Below, piece by piece: positions 27,945 through 37,892 of a DNA stretch of 64,000 bases. The notes beneath the pieces were generated by a model. It made no database searches, was not told where the DNA came from, and saw nothing but the letters and a program-made list of their open reading frames with translations. Each line of letters opens with the position of its first letter. The first letter of the stretch is position 1. The position numbers and the translations under genes were made by a program. The stretch comes from Candidatus Krumholzibacteriota bacterium (lineage in GTDB: Bacteria; Krumholzibacteriota; Krumholzibacteriia; JAJRXK01): NCBI GenBank assembly GCA_963764625.1, contig CAVXTH010000006.1:128001-192000 (forward strand). The letters run 5' to 3'.

Positions 27945-30248
27945 ATGCTTCAAGGTCTCAATCCACAGCAGCGGCAAGCAGTCGTGAACACTCGGGGACC
28001 CATGCTGGTCATCGCCGGCGCGGGTAGCGGGAAGACACGCGTGCTCACCACTCGCATCGCCTATCTCATCAAGGAAGAGGGTGTTCGCCCGGAGAACATC
28101 CTCGCCTTCACGTTCACCAACAAGGCAGCGCGCGAGATGCGCGAGCGCGTCGAGGCCCTCAGCCACGAGGGAAAGCGGGCCTGGATCGGCACCTTCCACG
28201 CCACCGGGGTGAGAATTCTGAGGCGCGAGGCCGAGCGCTTGGGCTATTCGCGAGAGTTCAGCATTTACGACGCGGACGATAGCCGCGCCGTGATCAGGGC
28301 GATTCTGAAAAGACGCCACGCCGATCCCAAGGAATTCACCCCACGCGCGGTTGCTACCGCCATCAGCCACTTCAAGAATCAATCCATGAGTCCGCGGGAA
28401 GCCCAAGAGGACGCGATGACGGGATGGGAAGAGCGCATGGCCAAGGTCTACTCCGAGTACGAGAAGGAGCTGCGCTCGAACCAGGCCATGGACTTCGACG
28501 ATCTCATCGCGCGCACCGTGGAGCTTTTCGAGAAGCACCGAGACGTGCAGGAGCGATACGCGGAGCAATTTCACTACGTGCTCGTCGACGAGTTTCAGGA
28601 CACCAATCCGCTTCAGCTCATTCTGACCAAAGCGCTCAGCGCGCAGTGGGAGAACCTCTTCGCGGTGGGGGACGACGACCAGGCCATCTACTCCTGGCGG
28701 GGCGCGACGGTGGAGAACATGCTCTCCTTCGAGGAGTATTTTCCCGGCGCCAAGGTTCTGCGGCTCGAACAGAACTACCGCTCTACCGGCATCATTCTCC
28801 GCGCGGCGAACGAGGTCATAGCGCACAATCGCAAGAGACGAGGCAAGAAGCTCTGGACCGAAGCGGCTGACGGACTGCCCCTCGAATTGTGGTGGGTGGA
28901 CGACGAAGAGGGCGAAGGGTCGGCGATCAAGAGCCGGATCGAAGAACTCGGAAGCAGCGAGGGATTTCACCGGCGGGACTGTGTCATTCTCTACCGCACG
29001 AACGCACAGAGCCGTGCTCTGGAAGATGCCTTGCGCCGCGCCGGGCTTCCCTATCAAATCGTGGGAGGAACGCGCTTCTACGAGCGGCGTGAAGTGCGCG
29101 ACATTCTGGCCTATCTCAAACTGATCGTAAATCCTTCCGACCAGGTGAGTTTGGAGCGCGTGATCAACTTGCCGCGCCGCGGTATCGGCAAGAAGAGCGT
29201 GGAGAGGCTGCTGGAAGCCGCCGGGCAACACGATCTCTCGCCCCTACGATTTTGTGAGTTGCACCCCGAACTCCTCGCGAAGTTCTGCGGGAGGGGAGCC
29301 TCGCGCATCCAGAGCTTCGTGACTCTCGTCACCGCGATGCGGCGAATGGCGGAGAGCCAGAACGCGGCCTCGGTGGTGGAGGAAGTTTTGCGCAGCACGA
29401 AGTACCTGGAATGGTTGCACGAGGACGATCCGGCCACCGCCGAGGACCGGGAAGAGAACGTCCGCGAACTGCTGCACGCCGCCGAGTCGTTCGTGGCGGA
29501 GAGCGATGAGGGGCGCCTCTTCGATTTTCTCGAGTCGGTGGCGCTCTTGGCCGAAGTGGACCGCATGGACGCGGCCGGGGACATGGTGACGCTCATGACC
29601 ATGCACAACGCGAAAGGACTCGAATTCCCCGCCGTCTTCGTCGCCGGGTGCGAGGAGAACCTGCTTCCCCACGCCAACAGCATCGACGAAGAGAATCGTC
29701 TGGAGGAGGAGAGGAGGCTCTTCTACGTGGCGCTGACGCGTGCGCGTCAGAGAATATTCTTGAGTGCGGCCGCATTCAGACGGCGTTTCGGGGGATCCGA
29801 ACCGGCCTACCCGAGCCGTTTTCTCAGCGAGATTCCCGCGGACATCGTGGTGGAAAAGGGGGAGAGGGTATCTCCCGAGGAGAACTACGGGGTGAGACTC
29901 TCCGGAGTCCGCAGGAGAACTCGCGGTGTCTCCTCGGAGAATTCAGCTTCGCCTGCCCAGGATGCGTACGGAGCCGAGGCGTTTCTCAAGAGCAAGGCCA
30001 AACAGAAGGCCCAGTCCGGGAGCGACCACGGCTTTCAGGATCACGAGTTCAGCCAGGAAGAGCTGGTCTTCGAGATCGGACAGCGAGTACGTCACCAAAC
30101 CCTGGGCGAAGGAACGATCACGGAAGTGGAAGGTTTCGGTGAGCTGACACGTCTCACCATCGAGTTCGGAGATAGCGGCCGCAAGCGGGTCCTGGCCCGC
30201 TACGCGAAACTCGAGATTCTCGAAAAGGACGGGGACCTGCCGTTCTAG
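27945..30248 (+). CDS. pcrA: UvrD/PcrA ATP-dependent DNA helicase
   Basis: AGAGSGKT, TFTNKAA, VDEFQDTN, VGDDDQAIY, LEQNYRS, AKGLEF and EERRLFYVALTRA motifs, with a C-terminal Tudor-like domain. Confidence 0.96.
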   Translation: MLQGLNPQQRQAVVNTRGPMLVIAGAGSGKTRVLTTRIAYLIKEEGVRPENILAFTFTNKAAREMRERVEALSHEGKRAWIGTFHATGVRILRREAERLGYSREFSIYDADDSRAVIRAILKRRHADPKEFTPRAVATAISHFKNQSMSPREAQEDAMTGWEERMAKVYSEYEKELRSNQAMDFDDLIARTVELFEKHRDVQERYAEQFHYVLVDEFQDTNPLQLILTKALSAQWENLFAVGDDDQAIYSWRGATVENMLSFEEYFPGAKVLRLEQNYRSTGIILRAANEVIAHNRKRRGKKLWTEAADGLPLELWWVDDEEGEGSAIKSRIEELGSSEGFHRRDCVILYRTNAQSRALEDALRRAGLPYQIVGGTRFYERREVRDILAYLKLIVNPSDQVSLERVINLPRRGIGKKSVERLLEAAGQHDLSPLRFCELHPELLAKFCGRGASRIQSFVTLVTAMRRMAESQNAASVVEEVLRSTKYLEWLHEDDPATAEDREENVRELLHAAESFVAESDEGRLFDFLESVALLAEVDRMDAAGDMVTLMTMHNAKGLEFPAVFVAGCEENLLPHANSIDEENRLEEERRLFYVALTRARQRIFLSAAAFRRRFGGSEPAYPSRFLSEIPADIVVEKGERVSPEENYGVRLSGVRRRTRGVSSENSASPAQDAYGAEAFLKSKAKQKAQSGSDHGFQDHEFSQEELVFEIGQRVRHQTLGEGTITEVEGFGELTRLTIEFGDSGRKRVLARYAKLEILEKDGDLPF

Positions 30249-30259
30249 GGGATCCCGCC

Positions 30260-32437
30260 TCAGCGCACCAGGGTGACGCGCTGACTGCTCGTGCCCGCGT
30301 CCGTCTGCATGCGCAGGAAATAGAGTCCACTCGAGACGGCATGTCCGTCGCCGTCACGCCCGTCCCACTGCAGGGAAACCGGTCCCGGTGAAACCCTCCC
30401 CGATCTCAGAGTCCGAAGCCTCCGCCCGGCGACGTCGTAGATCTCCACGCTGAGGGAAGCGTCGCGCTGCGCGTAGGCCGGCAGATTGAAGACCGCTCCG
30501 GATGAAGCAATGAAGGGGTTGGGGTAGCCGGTCTCGAAGGAAATCCCCCCCGGGGTCGAGAACACGGGTGCGGTGTCTTGGTAGATGAGAAAATCTTGGT
30601 TGGGATCGACTTTCACCGTGCTTACTTCGGCGCCGACGGAGAGAGTCGTGTTCACGGTCGTATCCGTGGTCCACACCCAGGCATCGCTGCTATCACCCTG
30701 CGCCGTGTAGACCCGCACCGGCACCGGCAGAAGGAAGTAGTTCGCCGGGTCCTGGCTCATGGTCAAGCGGAGATCCTCACCTTCTGCCCGCCAGCGCGTC
30801 TGGAGCCGGCACACCTCGGCACGATGCAGCCAGGGGTCGAAGAACCAATCCAGGGCACCGCCGTACACCGCCTCTGCGTGCGACTGGAAGTCGGCACTGG
30901 TCACCGACGAGAAGCGCAGCGCCGGGTCGGAGACGTACTCGCGCATCGTCTGCAGCAGCTTCTCCAGCCCCATGCCGGGAAAGCGTTCTTCGAAGACCAT
31001 GCGAAGCATGTGCAAGACCATTGCACCCTTCTTGTAACTGACGAGCCCGAACAGGTCCGCCGCCGGCGGATCGACGAGGGAGTGATCGAAGGAGTCGATG
31101 TAGTCGAAGAAGCGCAACTGACGATACACACGCGCCACTTCGGCCGAGTAGCGGTGCTCCATCCAGATGACCTCGCAGTACGAAGCGAAGCCTTCGTTCA
31201 GCCAGATCTCTCCCCACCGCTGCACGTGCACGCAATCACCGAACCACTGGTGCGAGAGCTCGTGAGCGACTACCCACTCCCACAGGGGACCTCCAGTGAT
31301 GGAATTGACGGAGCTGTTCACGTAGCTCTGGGACATGCTAGTGCAGGTCGGGTGTTCCATTCCTCCGCCCCACTTGAACATGGCCATGCCGTAGCGTTGC
31401 CTCGCAAAGGGGTAGGGTCCAAACACCGAATCGAAATACTCGACGAGATCGGGGGTCATTCCCCAGGCGAATTTGGAATCGCCCAACCAATCCACCGCAC
31501 CGGGAATCTCCGGCTTGGCGATGTAGTACTCGATCGGCATGTTCACGGTCTGGCCGGTTTCATAATCGGTGACCTGGGCCGTGTCGCTGTAGAAGTCGTA
31601 GTCGGAAATCGCCAAGGAGAAGAGATACGCCGGGATCGGCGCGGTCATCTGGACATCGGTTTGCTTGAGGCCGCCGGGAAGGGAACTCTCCACGATTCGC
31701 GAGCGGTCGGTTCCCGGCACCACCACGGTCAACTGTTCGGGACAGACGATATGAATCGAGAAGGGCGCCGCGTCGTAAGGGGTGTCGTGGCAAGGCCACC
31801 ACGAACGGGCCGACTTGGGCTCGCTCAGGGTCTGGATGATTGGTTTGCCCTCGAAGGTTCCGCGATTGAATCGATTCAACGCGAAGCCCATGAACCCGAA
31901 CGAGATGGGCTGGCCGCGGTACTGCACCGAGATGGTGGTCGAATCGCCGACTGCCAGAGTGGAGGGCAAGGGGATGCTCAGCGTTTCGTCGAGGTGGTTG
32001 AAGGTGGAAGGGACGCCGTCGACCTCGGTGCTCTCCACCTGGATTCCCTCCGTGAAGAGATCGAGGTCGATCGAGTCCATTGGGGCCAGCGCGGTCAGAT
32101 GTACTTTCACCAGCCCGTAGAGAGAATCAACGACGTCGCTCACCTGGAGGGTGACTTCGTAGAGCGTGACGTCCATGGGACGATCGTCGCGCTCGATGGG
32201 CGTCGCGCGGTCGCGCTTGTTCGAAACCAACCCTTCCGGCCGGTTCTGAAAGTAGGAGAGCGGCTTGTCCAGTTCATAGAACGCGCGCTCGCCATCGCTG
32301 ATTTTGGTGTTCGAGGCGTTCCCTGGCGTGGATTCGTACTTTGCCGCGTGAATGGGTTGGGGCGAGAATGTGAGAGTGACGAGGGTTGCCAGCGCAACGA
32401 GCTGGGCCTTATATGCGTACTTAAGGAATCTCGTCAT
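30260..32437 (-). CDS. secreted M1 family aminopeptidase with C-terminal FlgD-Ig/T9SS type A-like domain
   Basis: Signal peptide, GGMEH, HELSHQWFG, WLNEGFASY and YKKGA motifs. C-terminus is YPNPF...IYDVAGRRLRTL...WDGRD...SSGLYF. Confidence 0.9.
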   Translation of the reverse strand: MTRFLKYAYKAQLVALATLVTLTFSPQPIHAAKYESTPGNASNTKISDGERAFYELDKPLSYFQNRPEGLVSNKRDRATPIERDDRPMDVTLYEVTLQVSDVVDSLYGLVKVHLTALAPMDSIDLDLFTEGIQVESTEVDGVPSTFNHLDETLSIPLPSTLAVGDSTTISVQYRGQPISFGFMGFALNRFNRGTFEGKPIIQTLSEPKSARSWWPCHDTPYDAAPFSIHIVCPEQLTVVVPGTDRSRIVESSLPGGLKQTDVQMTAPIPAYLFSLAISDYDFYSDTAQVTDYETGQTVNMPIEYYIAKPEIPGAVDWLGDSKFAWGMTPDLVEYFDSVFGPYPFARQRYGMAMFKWGGGMEHPTCTSMSQSYVNSSVNSITGGPLWEWVVAHELSHQWFGDCVHVQRWGEIWLNEGFASYCEVIWMEHRYSAEVARVYRQLRFFDYIDSFDHSLVDPPAADLFGLVSYKKGAMVLHMLRMVFEERFPGMGLEKLLQTMREYVSDPALRFSSVTSADFQSHAEAVYGGALDWFFDPWLHRAEVCRLQTRWRAEGEDLRLTMSQDPANYFLLPVPVRVYTAQGDSSDAWVWTTDTTVNTTLSVGAEVSTVKVDPNQDFLIYQDTAPVFSTPGGISFETGYPNPFIASSGAVFNLPAYAQRDASLSVEIYDVAGRRLRTLRSGRVSPGPVSLQWDGRDGDGHAVSSGLYFLRMQTDAGTSSQRVTLVR

Positions 32438-32491
32438 GGGCTCCCAACCTCTTTTTCACTCTCGAGCCTCACCGCTCGGAGAGGATACGCA

Positions 32492-34147
32492 ATGAACCCA
32501 GGGGATTCAACGACTCACGCGCGTTCGCCGATGCCCATGCTTCTGATTTTGGCCCTGTGCCTGCTCGTGAGCGCCTGCGCGAGTCAAGTGACGAACGGCC
32601 CGGCCTGGCCCGATGAAGGTTCTTCCGAAGAGTCCTCCGCAACCGAACTCAAGACCGCGGAGAAAGCTTCCATTCTTCAGCCGCGGCCGCCCGCGGAATA
32701 CTGGTGGAACCAGCCCAAGGACAAACTGCCCCACTTGGTGGGAGGGAAGTACCTGGATCATCGGGACAGCCTGGGGTTCTCCGAATTTCGCAAACTCGGG
32801 GAAGAGGACCAACGTGATCGACGGCGGAGCGCCCGCAAGCACCTGGAGAAGGGGCTGGCCCTGGGCGCGAATCGAGTGGCGCTGAACGACTACGCGACCG
32901 GAGCGGGTCTGTGTCCCTATTATCCCGAAATCTGGCTCCACTACGCGGAAGCCGAGATTCAAATGGGGAACTACCACACGAGTCGCTACTTGCTGCAGGG
33001 AGTGGAACGGAGCCTTCGCTTTGCCTCTGGAAGCAGCGAGCAAGAACAGGTCGCGTCGGACTTCTACTATCTCGACGCTCTCGCTTCCTACAATCTGGGT
33101 GAGAAGGACAGGGCCCTGGAATCGGCCGAAAACTGTCTGGCCCTGCGCGGGGGAAACCTGGACGCAAGGCTCCTGCGAGCGAGGTGCCTCACCGATTTGA
33201 ATCGTTTCGACGAGGCACGAATAGAACTGAGCCGATTCGAGTTCGGGTCTCCCCATTACGCTCAGGCTCAGGCGGTGCGTGGCGTGTTGGAGATGGACGC
33301 GGGCGATCTAAAGAGCGCCGAGCGGGCCTTCTCCGAGGCCTACGAGTACGGACTTCGCAGCGGCATCCTCGAGAACGATCGGGGCCGGCTGGCCCTGATG
33401 CAGAACCGGCTGGACGATGCGGTCGATCACTTCGAACGGGCGGTGCGGTTGATGCCCGAGCTCATGGAGGCGCGCAACAACCTGGCGGTGGCTCTGAGGC
33501 GCGCGGGGGAAAGCGCTCGAGCCGAACAGGTCTTGAATCGGGCCATCGCGCTGAACCCGAACTACGCCGCCACCCATTTCAATATGGCGGAGCTGCTCCG
33601 CTCTCGCCTGGAAGATCTCAAAGGAGACGAGCTGAGACGAACCGCGCGCGAGGCCCGCGAGCACTACGACGCAGCGCTCGCCCTGCACTATCGCCCCAAG
33701 GTGATTCTCGAACGCCGAGCCTGGATTTCTCTTCGTCTCGGAGATCTGGCCGCAGCAGAAAACGACCTGCTCAAACTCACCGGTACTGCGAATCCCGACG
33801 GGCGCGTCCTGTTTCTTCTCGCCCATACCAAACAGGAACAGAATGATCTCCGCGTCGCGCAGAAACTCTACGAGATGGCGATTCAGAGGGGATATGATGG
33901 AGCCGACGTTCACAGCGATCTAGGGGAGGTGCTGTTGCGACGCGAGGATCTCGAGCGAGCGCGAAGCGAGCTGGAGAAGGCCATCTCTTTGGACGGAAGT
34001 CTCGTCGCTACGCGACTCAATCTCTGTCAGACGCTCGCCGATCTGGGCGATCGTGAGGCGGCCGAGAAGGTCTTGAAAGAAGCGGAAGCGCTGGCCCCCG
34101 ACGATCCCGCGGTGAGAGCGCAAAGGAAGGCTTTGGATTCGCGATGA
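32492..34147 (+). CDS. tetratricopeptide-repeat lipoprotein
   Basis: Lipobox VSAC and multiple TPRs (ARNNLAVAL, AIALNPNY, HFNMAEL). The real gene is the 3' part of ORF 30578..34147. Confidence 0.85.
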   Translation: MNPGDSTTHARSPMPMLLILALCLLVSACASQVTNGPAWPDEGSSEESSATELKTAEKASILQPRPPAEYWWNQPKDKLPHLVGGKYLDHRDSLGFSEFRKLGEEDQRDRRRSARKHLEKGLALGANRVALNDYATGAGLCPYYPEIWLHYAEAEIQMGNYHTSRYLLQGVERSLRFASGSSEQEQVASDFYYLDALASYNLGEKDRALESAENCLALRGGNLDARLLRARCLTDLNRFDEARIELSRFEFGSPHYAQAQAVRGVLEMDAGDLKSAERAFSEAYEYGLRSGILENDRGRLALMQNRLDDAVDHFERAVRLMPELMEARNNLAVALRRAGESARAEQVLNRAIALNPNYAATHFNMAELLRSRLEDLKGDELRRTAREAREHYDAALALHYRPKVILERRAWISLRLGDLAAAENDLLKLTGTANPDGRVLFLLAHTKQEQNDLRVAQKLYEMAIQRGYDGADVHSDLGEVLLRREDLERARSELEKAISLDGSLVATRLNLCQTLADLGDREAAEKVLKEAEALAPDDPAVRAQRKALDSR

Positions 34148-34632
34148 TGAGAATTGCATTCGCAAGCCTGTTGATTCTTTTCCTGTCCGTTCCCCCAAGC
34201 GTGGCACGGAGCGCGGATGAAACGTCCGAGAATTCCTCGAACGAGAGCGTGAGTTCGCGAGCGACTTCCCCGAAGTATTACGTGGCCTATCGAAGTCCCG
34301 AGGGCGCCGCGTTGCGGAGTCTCGTGGTCCCCGGCTGGGGGCAGCACTACAACGGAGAGACGGGAAAGGGATGGATTCTGGGTTCGATCGCGGTGGTGGG
34401 ACTCCTCCTGGGAACCAAAGTCATCTCGCCGGGGGTGCTCTCGCGCGGCGACGAGAAACATAATCTGGAGAAAGGCCTCGGATGGTTCATGTATGGCGGG
34501 ACAGTGGCATGGGCCACCTTCGATGCCTATTCGCGCGCCGAGGCGATCAATCGAGAAAACGGCTACGATATGGCGCTGAGCGCGCAGACTTGTGGCCCCT
34601 TGCAATTCACGCTCCTGCGAATCGGTTTCTGA
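34144..34632 (+). CDS. DUF5683-like membrane/exported protein
   Basis: Signal peptide, SPEGAALRSLVVPGWGQHYNG and DAYSRA motifs. ATGA overlap with the TPR gene. Confidence 0.75.
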   Translation: MMRIAFASLLILFLSVPPSVARSADETSENSSNESVSSRATSPKYYVAYRSPEGAALRSLVVPGWGQHYNGETGKGWILGSIAVVGLLLGTKVISPGVLSRGDEKHNLEKGLGWFMYGGTVAWATFDAYSRAEAINRENGYDMALSAQTCGPLQFTLLRIGF

Positions 34633-34634
34633 GC

Positions 34635-34662
34635 TTGACGACGCGCACGCTTTGGCTATCAT
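34635..34662 (+). promoter_or_regulatory. putative sigma-70 promoter
   Basis: TTGACG, 16-bp spacer, TATCAT, upstream of the lamin-tail gene. Confidence 0.45.
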
Positions 34663-34824
34663 GCAATTGCCTCCCGACGGCGAAACACGGGAGGATTTTT
34701 TTGCCCGCCATTTCGCTCGCCTCTCTCCTTCACACTCGCCCTCTCTGAAGACCACCATCACGGGCCTTCGCGTCCTCCCGAGTGCAATTTCCTTTCTGCC
34801 TCCCGGTCATACTTGGAGCAAAGC

Positions 34825-35472
34825 ATGAGAATCTCTCTCGAGCGATTTTCTCTGGCTGTTCTTTTCGTCGGGATCTTGCTGATGCCGGTCCGCGGTTTCG
34901 CCGCGATCGTGTTGAACGAGCTGGTGGCAGCCCCCGCGCGCGACTGGAACGGTGACGGAGAGATCGATTACAAGAACGACGAGTGGGTGGAGATCCTCAA
35001 CACCGGCAGCACGGCGGTGGATCTCACCGGTCTCTATCTCAAGGACGCCACCGGCGACGCGTATCACTACGGTTTCGAGGGCAGTCTGGAACCGGGGGAA
35101 ACGCTGGTGGTGTATGGCAGCGACGCGGTCGCCTGGCAAGCTGCGAACAACGCCGGGAGCAGCGGCCTCAGTATCAACAACGGAGACGAGACCATAGAAC
35201 TCTGGCGGGATGTTCCCGATCCGAGGATCCTCCAGGTGGTCGACTTCGTGCCCATTCCGGCCCACGCGGGGGCGAGCGACCGCGCGATGGGGCGTCTCCC
35301 CGACAGCCTCGATTGGGTGCTGTTCGATTCCCTGAATCCCTACTCCGGGGATCTCCTTCCCACCGGCACCGGGTGCGAACCGTCCCCCGGTACGCCCAAC
35401 GTCTGCGACGTGGTGGGGGTGGAGAACCTCAGTTTCGGTCGCATGAAGGCCTCCCACGTCCCCCAGAACTGA
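34825..35472 (+). CDS. secreted lamin tail domain protein
   Basis: Signal peptide; IVLNEL, DWNGDG, DEWVEILN, VDLTGLYLKD, INNGDETI and SPGTPN motifs; tail VGVENLSFGRMKA. Confidence 0.8.
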   Translation: MRISLERFSLAVLFVGILLMPVRGFAAIVLNELVAAPARDWNGDGEIDYKNDEWVEILNTGSTAVDLTGLYLKDATGDAYHYGFEGSLEPGETLVVYGSDAVAWQAANNAGSSGLSINNGDETIELWRDVPDPRILQVVDFVPIPAHAGASDRAMGRLPDSLDWVLFDSLNPYSGDLLPTGTGCEPSPGTPNVCDVVGVENLSFGRMKASHVPQN

Positions 35473-35551
35473 TCGGGGCAAGAGGGCGCGCCCGCCTCCG
35501 CGGAGGAGGGCGTGCCCCGATACCCGCTGGGCAAGAATTGCCGGGTGGTCT

Positions 35552-36502
35552 ATGCTGCCGCCCATGACACGCGATCTGCAGGAACTCTGGATGAAGGCTC
35601 GCGGGGGAGATCTGGAGGCGACCGCTTCGCTCCTGGATTCCCTCCACGTGAGTGGCCCGGAGCGTCAGGCCCTGGTGGAGATGGTGCATCCCCTCACTGG
35701 CCACGCCCATCGGGTGGGCTTCGCGGGTCCAGTGGGAGTGGGTAAGAGCACTCTCCTCAAAGGACTCTCCCGCCTCTGGCGCGAGACGGGTGCGACGGTC
35801 GGCCTGGTGACGAGCTCTCCGCCAGCGCGCGAAGTGAGTCTGGGCGAGGGTCTGAGTCTTCTGGAGCTGGCGCAGGAGGAGGGCACTCTCCTGCACGCCC
35901 TGCCGGGCGAATTGGAGCCCCGTGAGCGGAATCTCGCGGCGGGCCTGGTGGCGGACGCCATGGAGGCGCTGGGGTGCGACCCCATCCTGCTCGAAGCGCC
36001 TGGCCTGGGACCCAGCGAGGTCGAGCTGATCCGCCGAAGCCATACCATCGTCCTGGTCCTGGCCCCTGACATCGCGGTCCTGGAACTGGTCCTGAGCGGC
36101 CCCTGGATCGAGGGTGCCGACCTGGTGGTTCTCAACCACAGCGAGCGCGAAGGGGCGCGAGAGGTGGCGAAGCGCCTGGAGGAACGACTCGCGCGGGGCG
36201 GGCGGAGCAAGGCCCTGCTGCTGACCGAGGCCAACCACGGCACGGGTCTGCAGGAGCTGAGCGTCGCGCTGAAAGCTCATGCCGAGGCTCTCCGGCAGGG
36301 AGACGGCTATGAGCTGAGACGGCGCAGTGGGCTTCGGGCTCAGCTGCGTTTGCTCACCGAGGAGCGCCTTCTGGAATCGCTCTGGCAGGACGCCGATCTG
36401 ACCCGAACTCTCGACGAGTTGGCCGAGGACGTGGCGCGTCTTCGCACCGACCCCGAATCCGCCGCCGCGAGGCTGGCGAAGTGGATTCGCGGCAAGCGCT
36501 AG
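35552..36502 (+). CDS. divergent MeaB/ArgK-like P-loop NTPase
   Basis: GHAHRVGFAGPVGVGKSTLL and overall MeaB layout, but the switch and G4 motifs have diverged. Confidence 0.75.
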   Translation: MLPPMTRDLQELWMKARGGDLEATASLLDSLHVSGPERQALVEMVHPLTGHAHRVGFAGPVGVGKSTLLKGLSRLWRETGATVGLVTSSPPAREVSLGEGLSLLELAQEEGTLLHALPGELEPRERNLAAGLVADAMEALGCDPILLEAPGLGPSEVELIRRSHTIVLVLAPDIAVLELVLSGPWIEGADLVVLNHSEREGAREVAKRLEERLARGGRSKALLLTEANHGTGLQELSVALKAHAEALRQGDGYELRRRSGLRAQLRLLTEERLLESLWQDADLTRTLDELAEDVARLRTDPESAAARLAKWIRGKR

Positions 36503-36544
36503 CTTCATTCAGAAGCATTGGCTTCGGCTCGATCTCGACGGTTT

Positions 36545-36558
36545 CGAACTAATGTTCG
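36545..36558. promoter_or_regulatory. palindromic operator CGAAC-TAAT-GTTCG
   Basis: Perfect 5-4-5 inverted repeat in the AT-richer intergenic region upstream of the acyl-CoA operon. Confidence 0.45.
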
Positions 36559-36720
36559 GACGCTGGTCCTTTCAATTCTCCCGATCAAACGATATTGTAT
36601 TCTTCTGTATGGGGTTTCAACGCTCCACACCCAAGAACCAATTGAACTCAACGCGATGTGCCGCGGCCCGATTCGTCATTCTGGGAGCGGACGGGTCCGG
36701 CTGAGCCGAGTGAGGTGCCG

Positions 36721-37857
36721 ATGCAGTTGACAGAGAACCAGACCATGATCCGGGACGTGGCGCGCCGCTTCGCCCAAGAACAGCTCGCTCCCATCGCCCA
36801 CGAAATCGACGAGGAGGCTCGCTTCCCCCACGAGACGGTAAAGAAACTGGGGGAAATCGGGTTCTTGGGCTGCTTCGTTCCCGAGGAGTGGGGCGGGGCC
36901 GGCCTGGACACTCTCAGCTACGCCATCGTGGTGGAGGAAATCGCGAAAGTGTGCGGCTCCACAGGGCTCACCGTGGCCGCGCACAATTCGCTGGGTTGCT
37001 GGCCGCTTCTGGCCTTCGGCACCCAGGAGCAGAAGGAGAAATATCTGCGGAAGGCGGCCAGCGGCGAGATGCTCGTCAGCTACGGATTGACTGAGCCCGG
37101 CGCGGGAAGCGACGCGGGCGGCACGAAGAGCTACGCCGTCCTCGATGGCGACGAGTGGGTGCTCAACGGCAACAAGTGTTGGATCACCAACGCCTCCCAC
37201 GCCGGACTGTACGTGCTCACCGCTCTCACCGACCGCGAGAAGGGAACCCACGGAGGCATCAGCGCCTTCCTGGTGGAACGAGGCACTCCCGGATTCGAAG
37301 TGGGCTCGAAGGAACACAAGATGGGCATGCGGGCCAGCGATACCGCGACCCTCACTCTGCAGGACGTGCGTATCCCTCGCGAGAATCTGCTGGGGGAGCT
37401 CGGACAGGGCTTCCCCGCGTTTATGCAGATTCTGGATGGAGGCCGCATTTCCATCGGCGCCCTGGCCCTGGGAATCGCGGAAGGTGCCTACGAGTATGCG
37501 TTGAACTACTCCAAGGATCGAAAAGCATTTGGCAAACCCATCAGCGCGTTTCAGGCCATCCAGTGGATGCTGGCCGACGCGCGGACGGAGATCGAAGCCG
37601 CGCGGCTGATGATCTACAACACCGCGCAGAAGAAAGATCGGGGCGAGGACTACACTCTCGAGAGCGCCATGTGCAAGCTCTACGCGAGTGAGATGGCGAT
37701 GCGGGTCACGAATAACGCGATCCAGATCATGGGTGGCTACGGCTACTGTCGCGACTACCCGGTGGAACGCATGTACCGTGACGCGAAGCTCTGCACGATC
37801 GGCGAGGGAACCAGCGAGATTCAACGCCTCGTGATCAGTCGGAACGTTCTCTCCTGA
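36721..37857 (+). CDS. acyl-CoA dehydrogenase (short/branched-chain type)
   Basis: [38 protein letters not shown] and [10 protein letters not shown] motifs. Confidence 0.95.
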   Translation: MQLTENQTMIRDVARRFAQEQLAPIAHEIDEEARFPHETVKKLGEIGFLGCFVPEEWGGAGLDTLSYAIVVEEIAKVCGSTGLTVAAHNSLGCWPLLAFGTQEQKEKYLRKAASGEMLVSYGLTEPGAGSDAGGTKSYAVLDGDEWVLNGNKCWITNASHAGLYVLTALTDREKGTHGGISAFLVERGTPGFEVGSKEHKMGMRASDTATLTLQDVRIPRENLLGELGQGFPAFMQILDGGRISIGALALGIAEGAYEYALNYSKDRKAFGKPISAFQAIQWMLADARTEIEAARLMIYNTAQKKDRGEDYTLESAMCKLYASEMAMRVTNNAIQIMGGYGYCRDYPVERMYRDAKLCTIGEGTSEIQRLVISRNVLS

Positions 37858-37892
37858 CCACTCCAGCGATTGATTAGTGAAAGGGAAAGCTC

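Noticed and set aside
30578-32491. Apparent 1189-aa ORF extending the TPR protein upstream
   Set aside because: The extension is the antisense shadow of the M1 peptidase in GC-rich DNA. The real start, with RBS and lipobox, is at about 32492.
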